Source: Leptospira sp. (lineage in GTDB: Bacteria; Spirochaetota; Leptospiria; Leptospirales; Leptospiraceae). From it: a stretch of 64,000 nucleotides of DNA. The stretch is from positions 299,500-363,499 of the forward strand of contig JAWXAQ010000016.1 of the NCBI GenBank assembly GCA_034439575.1, in the 5' to 3' direction. The notes beneath the pieces are model-generated. The model did not search any database. It was not told the origin of the DNA and saw only the letters and a list, made by a program, of their open reading frames with translations. This document shows, piece by piece, positions 10,817-20,769 of the stretch (its first letter is position 1; each line of letters begins with the position of its first letter). Made by a program: the position numbers and the translations under genes.

Positions 10817-10882
10817 TCAGGTAAATTTCTTTACTATTTGAACTCATACCGGAGAATAAGAAAGGTATTTGGAATTCAAAAA

Positions 10883-13800
10883 ATGAAAAGGATTTTTATC
10901 TTAGGGACGATATTCATACAATTCGCGTGCGGGATTCCCTCCCTCACAAGAAACCCTCTAGAATTCTTTTCTCTCCTACGTATATTTGGTCGTTCCTCAT
11001 CCACTCTTACTGAACATAGTTTAGGTGGTGCTGTATCTGGCTTACTCTCTGGAACTTCTGTGACTTTGACAAATAACCAGGAATCAGTAATTGTCAGCGC
11101 GGATGGGAATTTTACCTTTCCTACAAAACTTAAATCAGGTACTACCTACAGTGTCACATTGACAACAACTGCCACTAACCTAACATGCACACTTAGCAAT
11201 GCCCAAGGGACAGTTCAAAGTTCTGACATTTCCAATGTGAGCGTGACTTGCGGTTGGGGAAATAACTACTATGAGGTGGGAGTCAATGTTTCAGGAATTA
11301 GCGGGACTATCACCGTTCAAAACAATGCTTCAAATTCTTTGAATATTTCTGCCAATGGTCTACATAAATTTTCCGAGCGAATTGCCACTGGATCGAGTTT
11401 TGCTGTGACCATATCTTCGCAACCAGTTGGGACCATATGTTCTTTTGATGAGCCGACATTAACCATAGGTAGTATCGCAACTTCTAATATTACTTTGTAT
11501 ATAACCTGCGTTACTGGATACTTGGTTGGTGGAAATTTGCATCTCTCGGCAAGTTCCGATCTTGGCACAAATCTCATTTCTCGAAATGCGTATCTTAGGA
11601 CAAGGGTGGGTTCTTATCCACCTACCTCTTCGTCTGGTTTAGCTGTTCCCAGCGCAGGACCAACAGCTGCTCGGTTCAATAGCCCAGCTATGATCGCAAC
11701 AGATTATAATTTTATTTATGTAGCCGATTCAGTAAACGCTGTCATTCGAAAAATCGACAAGTCTAACGGCACAACTACGATCCTCGCGGGAGGAGATACA
11801 GGTGGCGGAACCACTTGCCCTGGAGGCTCGACTGTAAATTGCAAAGATGGTGTTGAAACTGCCGCACAGTTCAATGGTATCGTCGGCCTTGCTACTAATG
11901 GGAATAATTTATATGTTTTGGAGTCAACTGGTAGAAGGATTAGAAAAGTAAATCTTACGAATGCGGTGGTTTCTACCTTTGCCGGAACTGGTTTTGCTGC
12001 CTCAGCGGACAATGCTTCTGGTATGCTTGCATCATTTAACAACCCTTCGTGGATCACGGTATTCAATGGAAACCTTTACGTAGTGGATCGTGGCAATTGT
12101 ACGATACGAGTTGTGAATCCTGTTACGACTGCTGTCACCACTCTTGCTGGTGGTCCGACACTTTGTAACTTTACAAATGATCCAATAGGAACAAACGCTC
12201 GTTTTGTTTCTCCGTTAGGCATTGTAGGTCTTGGTACTTACCTTTATGTAACTGATATAGGACCAGGGGGAGGACATAAAATTCGCCGTATCTCACTTAG
12301 CGGAACAAATGCGGTTGATACGATTGCTGGCGATGGTGTGCAAGCCTCAACTGATGGATTTGGCACAAATGCCCAGTTCAATGACCCCCACGGTATCACA
12401 ACAGATGGAACAAATTTATTTATTTCAGAATGGTCCGGACACAAAATTCGACATGTGCGTTTATCAGATAATAAAGTAACAACTTTAGTAGGCAGTGTTT
12501 CTGGTTATGAAGACAATACTTCCGGGAATGGTCTTTTGAATTTTCCGGGTTATATTTTGTCTGATGGAGTGAATATTTATATTTCCGACACAGGCAATCA
12601 TTCCATCCGTTACCTTGAGCATTCCGAAATTCTTCGTTATACGTTTGATGGAGATTCAAATGATTCTATCGGAACTAACCACGGTTTATTGACAGGTTCC
12701 CCGACGACAACTACGGATGAAAACGGAAATGCCAGTGGTGCGTATGAATTTGATGGCAGTACCCAATACATCCAATCAACATCCAACATATCTCCTGTGA
12801 TTACAGACAACCTAACAATTTCTGCTTGGGTTTATCCTGCGGGTGTTTCAGGAAGCCAATTTCTTTTTTATAATGGACAAGGTGGCGCCAATGGCTACGG
12901 AGTTATTTTCAATGGTAGTAATCGAACTATCAATATATCCTTAGGTGGTGTGGCGGCTAGTGGAAATTCAACCATGATGTTACCTTTAAACCAATGGTCT
13001 CATATAGTCCTTACACGAAAGGCTACGAACTGGCAAGTTTTTATAAATGGCAAAAGTGATTCACTAGTTTTTTCACTAGCACCAATTGCTCCAGCTAGTA
13101 CTTTCAAAGTGGCTGATGCAGGAAATGGTTTTTATTTCAAAGGTAAAATCTCTGATGTGCGTTTTCTAAATGGTGCACTAGACAATGATGCGATCCAAAA
13201 ACTTGCCATCCAAGTTCCGTCTGGCCTTATCTCCTATTTCCCGTTAAATGGCAATTCTAAAGATTATGGAAATTATCTAAATCATTTGACCGTATCTGGT
13301 GCTACTACAACGACAGATAGAAATGGTCACGCCAATGGTGCCTACAATTTTAATGGTGGCGCCTTTATGCAAAAATTAAATCCGAGTGGTTTGCCGACGG
13401 GAAGCAGCCCACGTACGAATTGTGTTTGGTTTAGAACGACAAACACTGTTGGTCAATATTTAGTGGGTTACGGCCTTATGAACCCACCTGCTGGTCTTGG
13501 CAATGGACTTGTGATCACCTCAACTGTCACTGGCAATTTTGGTGTCACAGACGATGCCAATGTCTTTCATGAGGAATTCATAAATCAGTGGATGCACCTT
13601 TGTGGAATTTACGATTCTACGACAGCCTATGTCTATGAGAATGGAGTGTTGCGTCATTCCGAACCTAAAACTTGGTCAACGGCCACGAGTCCAAATTTAG
13701 AAGTGGGAAGACTCATCAATGGAACGGGGAATTTTTTTGGTGATATCGACGATGTGCGAATTTACAATCGTGCATTATCTGTCTCTGAAATGAAAGCTTT

Positions 13801-14587
13801 AGCTGGGCATTACCCGACACAAGTCAGTAGCTGGAACCAAACACTCGCTAGCAGTAGTTTGAAGTTTTTTCTTATGCCACAAGCCACTACTTATAGTGGT
13901 GGCCTTTGTAGTGGAGGAGTCAATTGTGTTAGTGCTTGGAATGATAGAAGTGGCAGCGGTTATAATGTTAGTCAAGGTTTAGGTACTTCACAGCCATTTT
14001 ATAATGCGACTGGAATCAATGGTTCACCTGCTGTGCGTTTTGTGGGCACTGTAGTAACTCCAGCATATATGACGAAAGTATGTGAGCCAGCTCTTAATTC
14101 AACTTCCAATTCAATTTTTGCTGTTCTGCGAGAAGTAGATGTCACTGGCAATAATGGAATTTTCCAAAATGGAGCTCAGACATCAGGAAAACTAGTTTAC
14201 TTCCCTGATGCCGGCGGTAACAGGCTAAGTTTAATGGATCGTCAAATTGCTGCAGATAAATTAATTACAACTGGAGCCTTTAACATTTCGAATGAAGAGG
14301 TTATAATGGCTTTGAACTTTAATGGTACAAGTGGAAATATTTATAAGAGTGGTTCTTTAGTCGGATCCAATAGTTTCGCTGGTATAGCTTATAATTGTAG
14401 CGGAGGGGATTTACATATCGGTCGCAAATATAATGGTGGGATCTTCCCTTTTGATGGAGATTATTTCGAAGGATTCATCGGTGACTTTCTTTACTTCGAC
14501 CAAGTTCTTTCTGCTAGTGATCGCCAAATTGTAGAATGTTATTTATCCAATAAATATAATATCCCTGTCGGACATACTTGTCCCTAA
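10883..14587 (+). CDS. Large surface lipoprotein: Ig-like repeats, NHL beta-propeller, three LamG/concanavalin-like domains
   Basis: Signal MKRIFILG..IQFAC; NHL repeats (ARFNSP, AQFNDPHGITTDG, IRKI); LamG motifs (TISAWV, WSHIV, GKISDVR, GDIDDVRIYNRALS). Start placed at ATG 10883. Confidence 0.85.
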   Translation: MKRIFILGTIFIQFACGIPSLTRNPLEFFSLLRIFGRSSSTLTEHSLGGAVSGLLSGTSVTLTNNQESVIVSADGNFTFPTKLKSGTTYSVTLTTTATNLTCTLSNAQGTVQSSDISNVSVTCGWGNNYYEVGVNVSGISGTITVQNNASNSLNISANGLHKFSERIATGSSFAVTISSQPVGTICSFDEPTLTIGSIATSNITLYITCVTGYLVGGNLHLSASSDLGTNLISRNAYLRTRVGSYPPTSSSGLAVPSAGPTAARFNSPAMIATDYNFIYVADSVNAVIRKIDKSNGTTTILAGGDTGGGTTCPGGSTVNCKDGVETAAQFNGIVGLATNGNNLYVLESTGRRIRKVNLTNAVVSTFAGTGFAASADNASGMLASFNNPSWITVFNGNLYVVDRGNCTIRVVNPVTTAVTTLAGGPTLCNFTNDPIGTNARFVSPLGIVGLGTYLYVTDIGPGGGHKIRRISLSGTNAVDTIAGDGVQASTDGFGTNAQFNDPHGITTDGTNLFISEWSGHKIRHVRLSDNKVTTLVGSVSGYEDNTSGNGLLNFPGYILSDGVNIYISDTGNHSIRYLEHSEILRYTFDGDSNDSIGTNHGLLTGSPTTTTDENGNASGAYEFDGSTQYIQSTSNISPVITDNLTISAWVYPAGVSGSQFLFYNGQGGANGYGVIFNGSNRTINISLGGVAASGNSTMMLPLNQWSHIVLTRKATNWQVFINGKSDSLVFSLAPIAPASTFKVADAGNGFYFKGKISDVRFLNGALDNDAIQKLAIQVPSGLISYFPLNGNSKDYGNYLNHLTVSGATTTTDRNGHANGAYNFNGGAFMQKLNPSGLPTGSSPRTNCVWFRTTNTVGQYLVGYGLMNPPAGLGNGLVITSTVTGNFGVTDDANVFHEEFINQWMHLCGIYDSTTAYVYENGVLRHSEPKTWSTATSPNLEVGRLINGTGNFFGDIDDVRIYNRALSVSEMKALAGHYPTQVSSWNQTLASSSLKFFLMPQATTYSGGLCSGGVNCVSAWNDRSGSGYNVSQGLGTSQPFYNATGINGSPAVRFVGTVVTPAYMTKVCEPALNSTSNSIFAVLREVDVTGNNGIFQNGAQTSGKLVYFPDAGGNRLSLMDRQIAADKLITTGAFNISNEEVIMALNFNGTSGNIYKSGSLVGSNSFAGIAYNCSGGDLHIGRKYNGGIFPFDGDYFEGFIGDFLYFDQVLSASDRQIVECYLSNKYNIPVGHTCP

Positions 14588-14636
14588 ATTGAAATCGAAT
14601 TCTGTTGTCTAAATATTTCATTATCTGGTTCTCAAT

Positions 14637-15290
14637 TTGGAAATAATTAAATCTTATTTATCGCTAGATTTTATAATATTCGAAATTTTGAATTACCCTG
14701 TCAGCTTACTTGAATTTATTGGGATCATATCTGGTCTCATTTGTGTGTACACTGCCGCCAAAAATCAAATCATCACATGGCCAATTGGTATAATAAATTC
14801 TGTATGTTTTTTATTTTTATTTTACCAAGTACAATTGTACTCGGATATGATATTGCAGATTTACTTTTTCGCTTCGAGCATTTATGGATGGATTTTTTGG
14901 CAAAAAAGAAAGGGGAAAGAGATTCCGATCACAAGTGCTTCACAAAAAGTATTTATTTATTTAATATTAATTATTATTATTTCAAGTTATCTGTTAGGTG
15001 AATTTACTCTTAGACTTCCTATTTTCTTTCCTGTTTACTTTCCATTGCCTCCAGCGTTTCCTTACTTTGATGCCTTCACAACCACTGCAAGTGTCGTCGC
15101 AAATTTTTTACTCGCAAGACGTATATTGCAAGCATGGTATCTATGGGTAGCCGTGGATGTGGTTTGTATTGTTATTTATTTTATGAAGGGAATTGATCTG
15201 ATCGCTATAGAATATATTGTGTTTTTGATGATTGCCATCCAAGGCATTCGACATTGGAATGCGGAGTTTAAGCTCCAGCATTCCGTTTGA
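14637..15290 (+). CDS. pnuC: PnuC-family nicotinamide riboside/vitamin transporter
   Basis: WPIGI, QLYSDM.LQ, YGW..W, D..TT..S, W.LW...D motifs; about 7 TM. Confidence 0.88.
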   Translation: MEIIKSYLSLDFIIFEILNYPVSLLEFIGIISGLICVYTAAKNQIITWPIGIINSVCFLFLFYQVQLYSDMILQIYFFASSIYGWIFWQKRKGKEIPITSASQKVFIYLILIIIISSYLLGEFTLRLPIFFPVYFPLPPAFPYFDAFTTTASVVANFLLARRILQAWYLWVAVDVVCIVIYFMKGIDLIAIEYIVFLMIAIQGIRHWNAEFKLQHSV

Positions 15291-15606
15291 TTTTGTCGGC
15301 CACAAAAGCTTTGTAAGCTGGTGAACCAAAACTAACATCCATACGAATGATTTCAGGCGCAATGTATGGATGTTTTTTCATTATGTAGTCTTCGATAGCT
15401 GCGTAATGAGTGGCATCTGCTTTGAGTAAAATTTTATTTTCTGTATCAACGGTAATTTTTCCATCCCACATATAAACAAGTTCTACTTCGGGGAAAATAG
15501 TCCCCGATTTAATGATTCCTTGTTCTAACATTTCAGAGATATGCTCTTCGGCCATATCCCTGTCTCCAATTGTCGTAAAAACTAAAATCTCTTCCGATGA
15601 TGCCAT
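15268..15606 (-). CDS. cutA: CutA divalent-cation tolerance family protein
   Basis: Y.W.GKI..D.E..I.LK and HPY..PEI motifs. Confidence 0.85.
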   Translation of the reverse strand: MASSEEILVFTTIGDRDMAEEHISEMLEQGIIKSGTIFPEVELVYMWDGKITVDTENKILLKADATHYAAIEDYIMKKHPYIAPEIIRMDVSFGSPAYKAFVADKIKRNAGA

Positions 15607-15624
15607 TTAAATTTGCTCCGTAAT

Positions 15625-18090
15625 TTAGTTCTTTGAAAAACTAAATTCTAAATCCTCTCCAAGTTCACTCACTCCCTGCAATCGTACAAGTGAATTTCCA
15701 GGTACATCTTTTTGCAAATCGAGTTGCATCCCATTGGTTCGGATACCACTGCTACCAGGAGTCCAAGTGCCCGCATAAGTTTTAGTGACTTTATCATTAA
15801 TTTTTAAGTTAGCTTTGAAATCTTGATTGGCACCAGTCACCTCTAAGCTAAGTTTTTGTGGGCCTGATTTGGGATTCCAATATACACCCGACCAATTCCC
15901 GATAAAATCTTTTGGCAATTCGGCGAGGCTAAAGGCCCTCTTTTTCACTTTATTTTGTTCTGGGTTTAAAAAAACGGAAACTAAGTTAGAGTCTTTGGAT
16001 TCAGCACCAAACTCTGATTTGGAGCGAACACTATAAAGATAAAGATCCCCAGCACTGCCTGGGAAATTTTCAGAATAAGTAGTTTGTATACCAGGAACAG
16101 AATTTACGAAATCGAATTTCTTTGCCGTTGCACCTGATTTTGATTTCATTAGTTTGCGATACACATAGTATTCGTTAGAGTCTTTGACCGCTTTCCACTT
16201 AAGTTTGATTTTATTGTCTTTGGAATTGATCTCAGAACTTAAATTAGCTGGAGGTGCCAAGGTTTTTCCTGCAGCACGTTTAGCTAATTCGGGATCAACA
16301 CTTCCTACAACATAGTCGCTCTGTTCAGAATATCCAGCTGTATTGTACGCATACAATGTATAGGAAAAGTAACCACCCTTTAAGACTTTAGGATCTTTAT
16401 CTTCATAACTAGAACCAGATACGGTAAATTCTTTAGATAGTTCCGCATTTTCATCAAATCTAAAAACATAATAACCTGTGGCGCCAGGAACCTGAGTCCA
16501 ACTGATCACAATTTTATCTGGGTATTCACCATCTGATGCATGTAAGTCGGATACTTGGCCGGAAGGGGCTAATTCTGCTTCCTCAGAACCAATATCAATG
16601 CCGAAACTTTCACTCCATGCTCCTAGTTTTCGATTACTAGAAACTGCTCTAACCCGGTATGTGTTAGTTGCCTCTTTTGAGGGAGAGCTGTCCGTATAAG
16701 AAGGGCTGGAAACATTCCCTAGAATTTTCCATTTGCCACCGGATGTTGCTTTAGAAACTGAATAATTGGAGATACCATCAATTTCTGACCAAGTGATTGT
16801 CACCTTTGCTTGGTTACCCTCTAAAGAAGTAGATCCATGAATTCCTACGACTTGCGGTGGGTTAGCATCAAAATTTACCTTAGCCAAGGTATAACCTTCC
16901 ACTTCCTTCGAAGCCCCGGAACTTTCTTCATTCGACATAGAGATGACGCGATAAAAATAAGTAGTACTTGGCGTTACGTTGGTGTCGATAAAGGAAGTTG
17001 TATTTGAATAGGCGATATCAGTAAAATTTTTCTCTTCTTCGTCTCTTCTTTGGATTTGGTAATTGATGGCACCGGCACTCGCTTCCCAATTGAGAGTAAT
17101 TTTTATATCAGATTCTCCTCTGGACGCATTTACATTATTAGGTGGAGAAAGAGGCTTCACCACAACATTGTTTGTATTGGGAGTGTTATTGATTTTTGTA
17201 TCATCAATTAATGCATAGGCTTCCTGACCAACGCTTGCGAGCATTCCGTAAGACAACCAACCAAAACCTTTATCGCCCCAACGATCTCCCCAGGAGTTTT
17301 GAAATTTGAAAGCACCTTGGTGGCCTTTTTTTGATTTTTTATTATCATCATAACCAACAATCGTCATGGCATGACCACCATAACTTTTTCCACCTGCTTG
17401 GTCATAAATTTCGGATCCTTTTACTTTATAGAAGGCATCATCTATTACGATTCCAAAAAGGACAACGTTTCCGCCAGCTAATACGCGCTTGATATCATCT
17501 GGTTTTTTAATATTCAGTCGAGAATAAGATTTAATTCGATAATTCATCGCTTCCTGTTTGGCGGAAGCAGAAGGTTGGGATCTATAATCCTTATCCGAGT
17601 AGGGCATACTACTCCAAGGTACAACTCCACTTTTTTGGAGGAAGTCCATGGTTTTGTAATAGTATAATCCTTCGTCTTTTCCTCCGTTTTGTTGGTTATA
17701 AATAAAAGCGGGAGAAAATACATTTTTACCATTGCCGCCAGCAAAAGGAGGATCATAACTGGAAAATTTCCCGCCACTTTTTGCCAAATAAGATTTGATC
17801 GCATAACCAGAAGCCCAGGCCACACAACTGTTTTGTTGGCCTTGGTTTCCTACAGGTGGCATTTTGGAAGAAAGATCCACACTTGAGGGTAGGTCCTCAA
17901 AGCTATTAAAATCGCGTTTGAGTGGGATGGTATCTTGAATTTCTTTAGGAGCAGGCTGGTAACCACAGTTAAACGTATCAGGTTTGCAATTTTTTGACCG
18001 AACAGAATTTGGATCAAACTCTTGGGCTATAAGTGGACTAAAAGTGAGAAGGGCAATAAGTAAAAGCTTCATTGGTTTGCGGTGTTTCAT
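15625..18090 (-). CDS. Secreted C1A (papain-like) cysteine peptidase with fibronectin type III repeats
   Basis: Signal peptide; QGQQNSCVAWA (Gln/Cys), GGHAM (His), QNSWG (Asn); about 4 FN3-like repeats (W....GA..Y, Y.Y.V.A). Confidence 0.9.
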   Translation of the reverse strand: MKHRKPMKLLLIALLTFSPLIAQEFDPNSVRSKNCKPDTFNCGYQPAPKEIQDTIPLKRDFNSFEDLPSSVDLSSKMPPVGNQGQQNSCVAWASGYAIKSYLAKSGGKFSSYDPPFAGGNGKNVFSPAFIYNQQNGGKDEGLYYYKTMDFLQKSGVVPWSSMPYSDKDYRSQPSASAKQEAMNYRIKSYSRLNIKKPDDIKRVLAGGNVVLFGIVIDDAFYKVKGSEIYDQAGGKSYGGHAMTIVGYDDNKKSKKGHQGAFKFQNSWGDRWGDKGFGWLSYGMLASVGQEAYALIDDTKINNTPNTNNVVVKPLSPPNNVNASRGESDIKITLNWEASAGAINYQIQRRDEEEKNFTDIAYSNTTSFIDTNVTPSTTYFYRVISMSNEESSGASKEVEGYTLAKVNFDANPPQVVGIHGSTSLEGNQAKVTITWSEIDGISNYSVSKATSGGKWKILGNVSSPSYTDSSPSKEATNTYRVRAVSSNRKLGAWSESFGIDIGSEEAELAPSGQVSDLHASDGEYPDKIVISWTQVPGATGYYVFRFDENAELSKEFTVSGSSYEDKDPKVLKGGYFSYTLYAYNTAGYSEQSDYVVGSVDPELAKRAAGKTLAPPANLSSEINSKDNKIKLKWKAVKDSNEYYVYRKLMKSKSGATAKKFDFVNSVPGIQTTYSENFPGSAGDLYLYSVRSKSEFGAESKDSNLVSVFLNPEQNKVKKRAFSLAELPKDFIGNWSGVYWNPKSGPQKLSLEVTGANQDFKANLKINDKVTKTYAGTWTPGSSGIRTNGMQLDLQKDVPGNSLVRLQGVSELGEDLEFSFSKN

Positions 18091-18584
18091 GGTTTGATTC
18101 CTTTCATAATCGTGACGATTTCTTTTTTGGTTTTAAATTCGCTTTTATCAATATCTTGGAAAAGATAATAAAATTTAGATTTTTTGGTTCCTAAGTGAAA
18201 CTCAACGGTGTTATAGTTGACACCTAACAATCTTTCTTTGGGCAATTCTTCTATTCCGAATTTTTCTATGCCCAATTTGATAAGTTTCGAAGATATTTTT
18301 TCATAAGTTTTCTCTGAAATTCGCTTCTTAGTATGCACAATGGATTCGCCAGCCTTAGTTTCTTTTCGAAAAATAAATAATCCATGTTTGGTGGCTTCTA
18401 TATAGGTATCGAGAGTATAACGGTATTCAGGTGCAACAGCTCCAGAACTTTCAGACAGAGATATGTGCAGGGTGCGCCAGTCTCCCGCTTCGTTTTTTAA
18501 GGGATTATTCTTGAGATTGGTTTTGTCAGAAGCATTTAATTCCATAATTGCAAAAAGGAAAAAAAAATAGATAAGGATACGCAC
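18087..18584 (-). CDS. Hypothetical exported protein (165 aa)
   Basis: Signal peptide; 4-bp overlap with the C1 peptidase start. Confidence 0.7.
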   Translation of the reverse strand: MRILIYFFFLFAIMELNASDKTNLKNNPLKNEAGDWRTLHISLSESSGAVAPEYRYTLDTYIEATKHGLFIFRKETKAGESIVHTKKRISEKTYEKISSKLIKLGIEKFGIEELPKERLLGVNYNTVEFHLGTKKSKFYYLFQDIDKSEFKTKKEIVTIMKGIKP

Positions 18585-18646
18585 GGGAACACAATCCTAT
18601 CTAGAATTATAGAATAAGCAATTATTTTTATATGGGATTTTTCCCT

Positions 18647-18895
18647 TTACGTAGGGGAATTGTCTGTTGGGTCTTTTCGGTAAGCCGCAACTCCATCCAT
18701 AAATTTTTCAAGGATTCCGGATTGTTTGATGGTCCTTCCAACTCTTTGCCAAAATCGGATTTTCCCTTGGAACTGATTCCATTCCAATTCCAAGTCCAAT
18801 CGTTTGATTTTTAAAAGCATACGTAGTTCATCAAGACTCATGTCTCTAGGGTCTTTACTGGAATAGAGATCGTGGTCTTTGAGTGGATTGAACAT
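18647..18895 (-). CDS. Small protein, YqjK-like by position
   Basis: 82-aa ORF directly after the YqjE-like gene; helical R.DL..EW pattern. Confidence 0.6.
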   Translation of the reverse strand: MFNPLKDHDLYSSKDPRDMSLDELRMLLKIKRLDLELEWNQFQGKIRFWQRVGRTIKQSGILEKFMDGVAAYRKDPTDNSPT

Positions 18896-18896
18896 T

Positions 18897-19268
18897 TTAT
18901 TTTTTGGACTTCAAAACAACTTCAATGAGAATGATGGCAAAAAATAAAAAGATCCCGGATGTCACAAAACTGGAAAGGATAGGGTCTCCATTCATTAAAA
19001 ACTTTTGAAGGCTTAAAAAAACGGCATAGGATAGATAAACGAAGGCGATGAAGATAAAAAAGAGAGCAGAGAAAATCCAAACGGATGAGAATATTAAATT
19101 TCTTAAGAAGAGATGGATATTTTTCTCAATGTAAATAGCCATGACCTCCCAATAAGCGACAAGCTTATCTAGAAGGTCATAGAAAGCCGCTTTGATCCCG
19201 CCTTTTTTGCGAGATTGATTGCTGCCGGTTGGATTTTGCGATTGGGAGTTTTTTTCTCTACTAGACAA
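18897..19268 (-). CDS. YqjE/holin-X-like membrane protein
   Basis: Two C-terminal TM helices; lies directly after a DUF883 gene. Confidence 0.65.
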   Translation of the reverse strand: MSSREKNSQSQNPTGSNQSRKKGGIKAAFYDLLDKLVAYWEVMAIYIEKNIHLFLRNLIFSSVWIFSALFFIFIAFVYLSYAVFLSLQKFLMNGDPILSSFVTSGIFLFFAIILIEVVLKSKK

Positions 19269-19271
19269 AAC

Positions 19272-19556
19272 TTATTTTCTTTTGAAAAACCAACCGAGTG
19301 CTAAGCCAACGCCAAGGCCCACACCGAAACCAATCACTGCCGCTTTTTGTGGGTTTTCTTTTACGTAATTTCCTACGTTATCAATTACTTCTTTGGCTCT
19401 AAGTGTAGCTTCTTCACTAGCTTTTCCGAATTTTTGTTTGATATCAGATACTTGTTCCATATATTTCTCCTTGGCGATTCGCTCAATTTCCTTTGCTTTC
19501 TTCTCGTATAACTTGATCTCGTCGATCAATGATTTGTGAGGTTTTGTTTCTTCCAT
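19272..19556 (-). CDS. DUF883 (ElaB/YqjD) family tail-anchored protein
   Basis: YVKENP.KA..IG.GVG.GVG..LG..F.RK C-terminus. Confidence 0.88.
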   Translation of the reverse strand: MEETKPHKSLIDEIKLYEKKAKEIERIAKEKYMEQVSDIKQKFGKASEEATLRAKEVIDNVGNYVKENPQKAAVIGFGVGLGVGLALGWFFKRK

Positions 19557-19559
19557 ACA

Positions 19560-20285
19560 CTAGTCAGGCACCACAATATTTTCATAATTATCGGTAAAAC
19601 GATACCCAATTCCCCAGATTGTTTCAATCCATTCTGGTTGGGCAGAATTTTTTTCTAGTTTGGAACGAATTCTTTTGATATGGCTATCGATCATTCGTTC
19701 AAAGCCGTCCCATTCCACACCCCAGACTGATTCTAAAATCATCTCGCGAGAAAAAACCTTTCCAGGTGAGCCTGCAAGCAATTGTAGAATATCGAATTCT
19801 TTCCTAGAGATATTTATAATGTTTTCATTTAAGGTCACTCGTCGGCGAATGGAATCAATTTTTAAGGCTCCTCTAAGGATTTCTCCGGCTTGGCCTACAT
19901 TTGGTTTGATTCCAATTTTTTTATCCCAACGTCTGAAAAAAACATCGACTCTTGTTTTTAATTCTCTAACAGAAAATGGCTTTGTGATGTAATCATCAGC
20001 ACCTAACTCGAGACCCATGATGCGATCTATTTCTTCTGTTCTCGCAGATAAAATAAAAACAGGAGTGCTTTCATCTGCTTTGCGAATGCTTCGGCAAATT
20101 TCAATCCCATCAATATCGGGAAGGGAGAGATCCAAGATGATAAGATCTGGGTGATTTGATTTATAAAACTTCAAACCATCTTCTCCATTTTCAAAAACGG
20201 AAGTAGTGTAATGCGCTGAATCTAGGGATTTACGGATTAAGTTTCCAATGTCCGGATCATCCTCGATAACCAAAATATTTTTCAT
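19560..20285 (-). CDS. OmpR/PhoB-family response regulator
   Basis: [20 protein letters not shown] receiver; winged-helix [20 protein letters not shown]. Confidence 0.95.
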   Translation of the reverse strand: MKNILVIEDDPDIGNLIRKSLDSAHYTTSVFENGEDGLKFYKSNHPDLIILDLSLPDIDGIEICRSIRKADESTPVFILSARTEEIDRIMGLELGADDYITKPFSVRELKTRVDVFFRRWDKKIGIKPNVGQAGEILRGALKIDSIRRRVTLNENIINISRKEFDILQLLAGSPGKVFSREMILESVWGVEWDGFERMIDSHIKRIRSKLEKNSAQPEWIETIWGIGYRFTDNYENIVVPD

Positions 20286-20349
20286 GTTTTTCCCTTGAGT
20301 TCTATCTCAATTTGTTTCTTCTAGGAGAAAAAAAAAGTAAAAAATACAA

Positions 20350-20769
20350 ATGGAAACGCAAAGGGAACCAAAATCATGGGCAATGATCGCTATTTTCGGA
20401 CCAAAGGTCAAACCTGTGGAAATCACGTCCAAATTGGGTATGGATCCAGATTATTTCCATGACTCTGACATAAAAGACATAAATAATGTAAGCCTGGAGC
20501 CGCATTGGCAACTCAATTCCAAGCTAGGTCCAGAGTCCCCATTGAATGAACATATATGGGAATTGCTCAAACGACTCGCTCCCGTAAGACGTGAATTGAA
20601 AGAAATTTCGAGTTTGTATGCTACTTGTCTTTATGCTTCTGTGGAATATGCCTCAAGAGCAACGAAAGGCATTAAATTGGATAAAAGGACTATGCTTTTG
20701 TTAGGCGAGCTTGGGATTCAATTGGAAATTCTCCCTTGGCTCGAAGAGGATTCACAAACTTCTTCCTGA
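20350..20769 (+). CDS. DUF4279-like protein
   Basis: P.EIT..LG..P start, W.L.S, L..H...LL..L and L..LG..L pattern. Confidence 0.7.
   Translation: METQREPKSWAMIAIFGPKVKPVEITSKLGMDPDYFHDSDIKDINNVSLEPHWQLNSKLGPESPLNEHIWELLKRLAPVRRELKEISSLYATCLYASVEYASRATKGIKLDKRTMLLLGELGIQLEILPWLEEDSQTSS

Noticed and set aside
18897-19268. Holin suggesting a prophage
   Set aside because: YqjE-like context with DUF883; no phage, lysin or integrase genes nearby.
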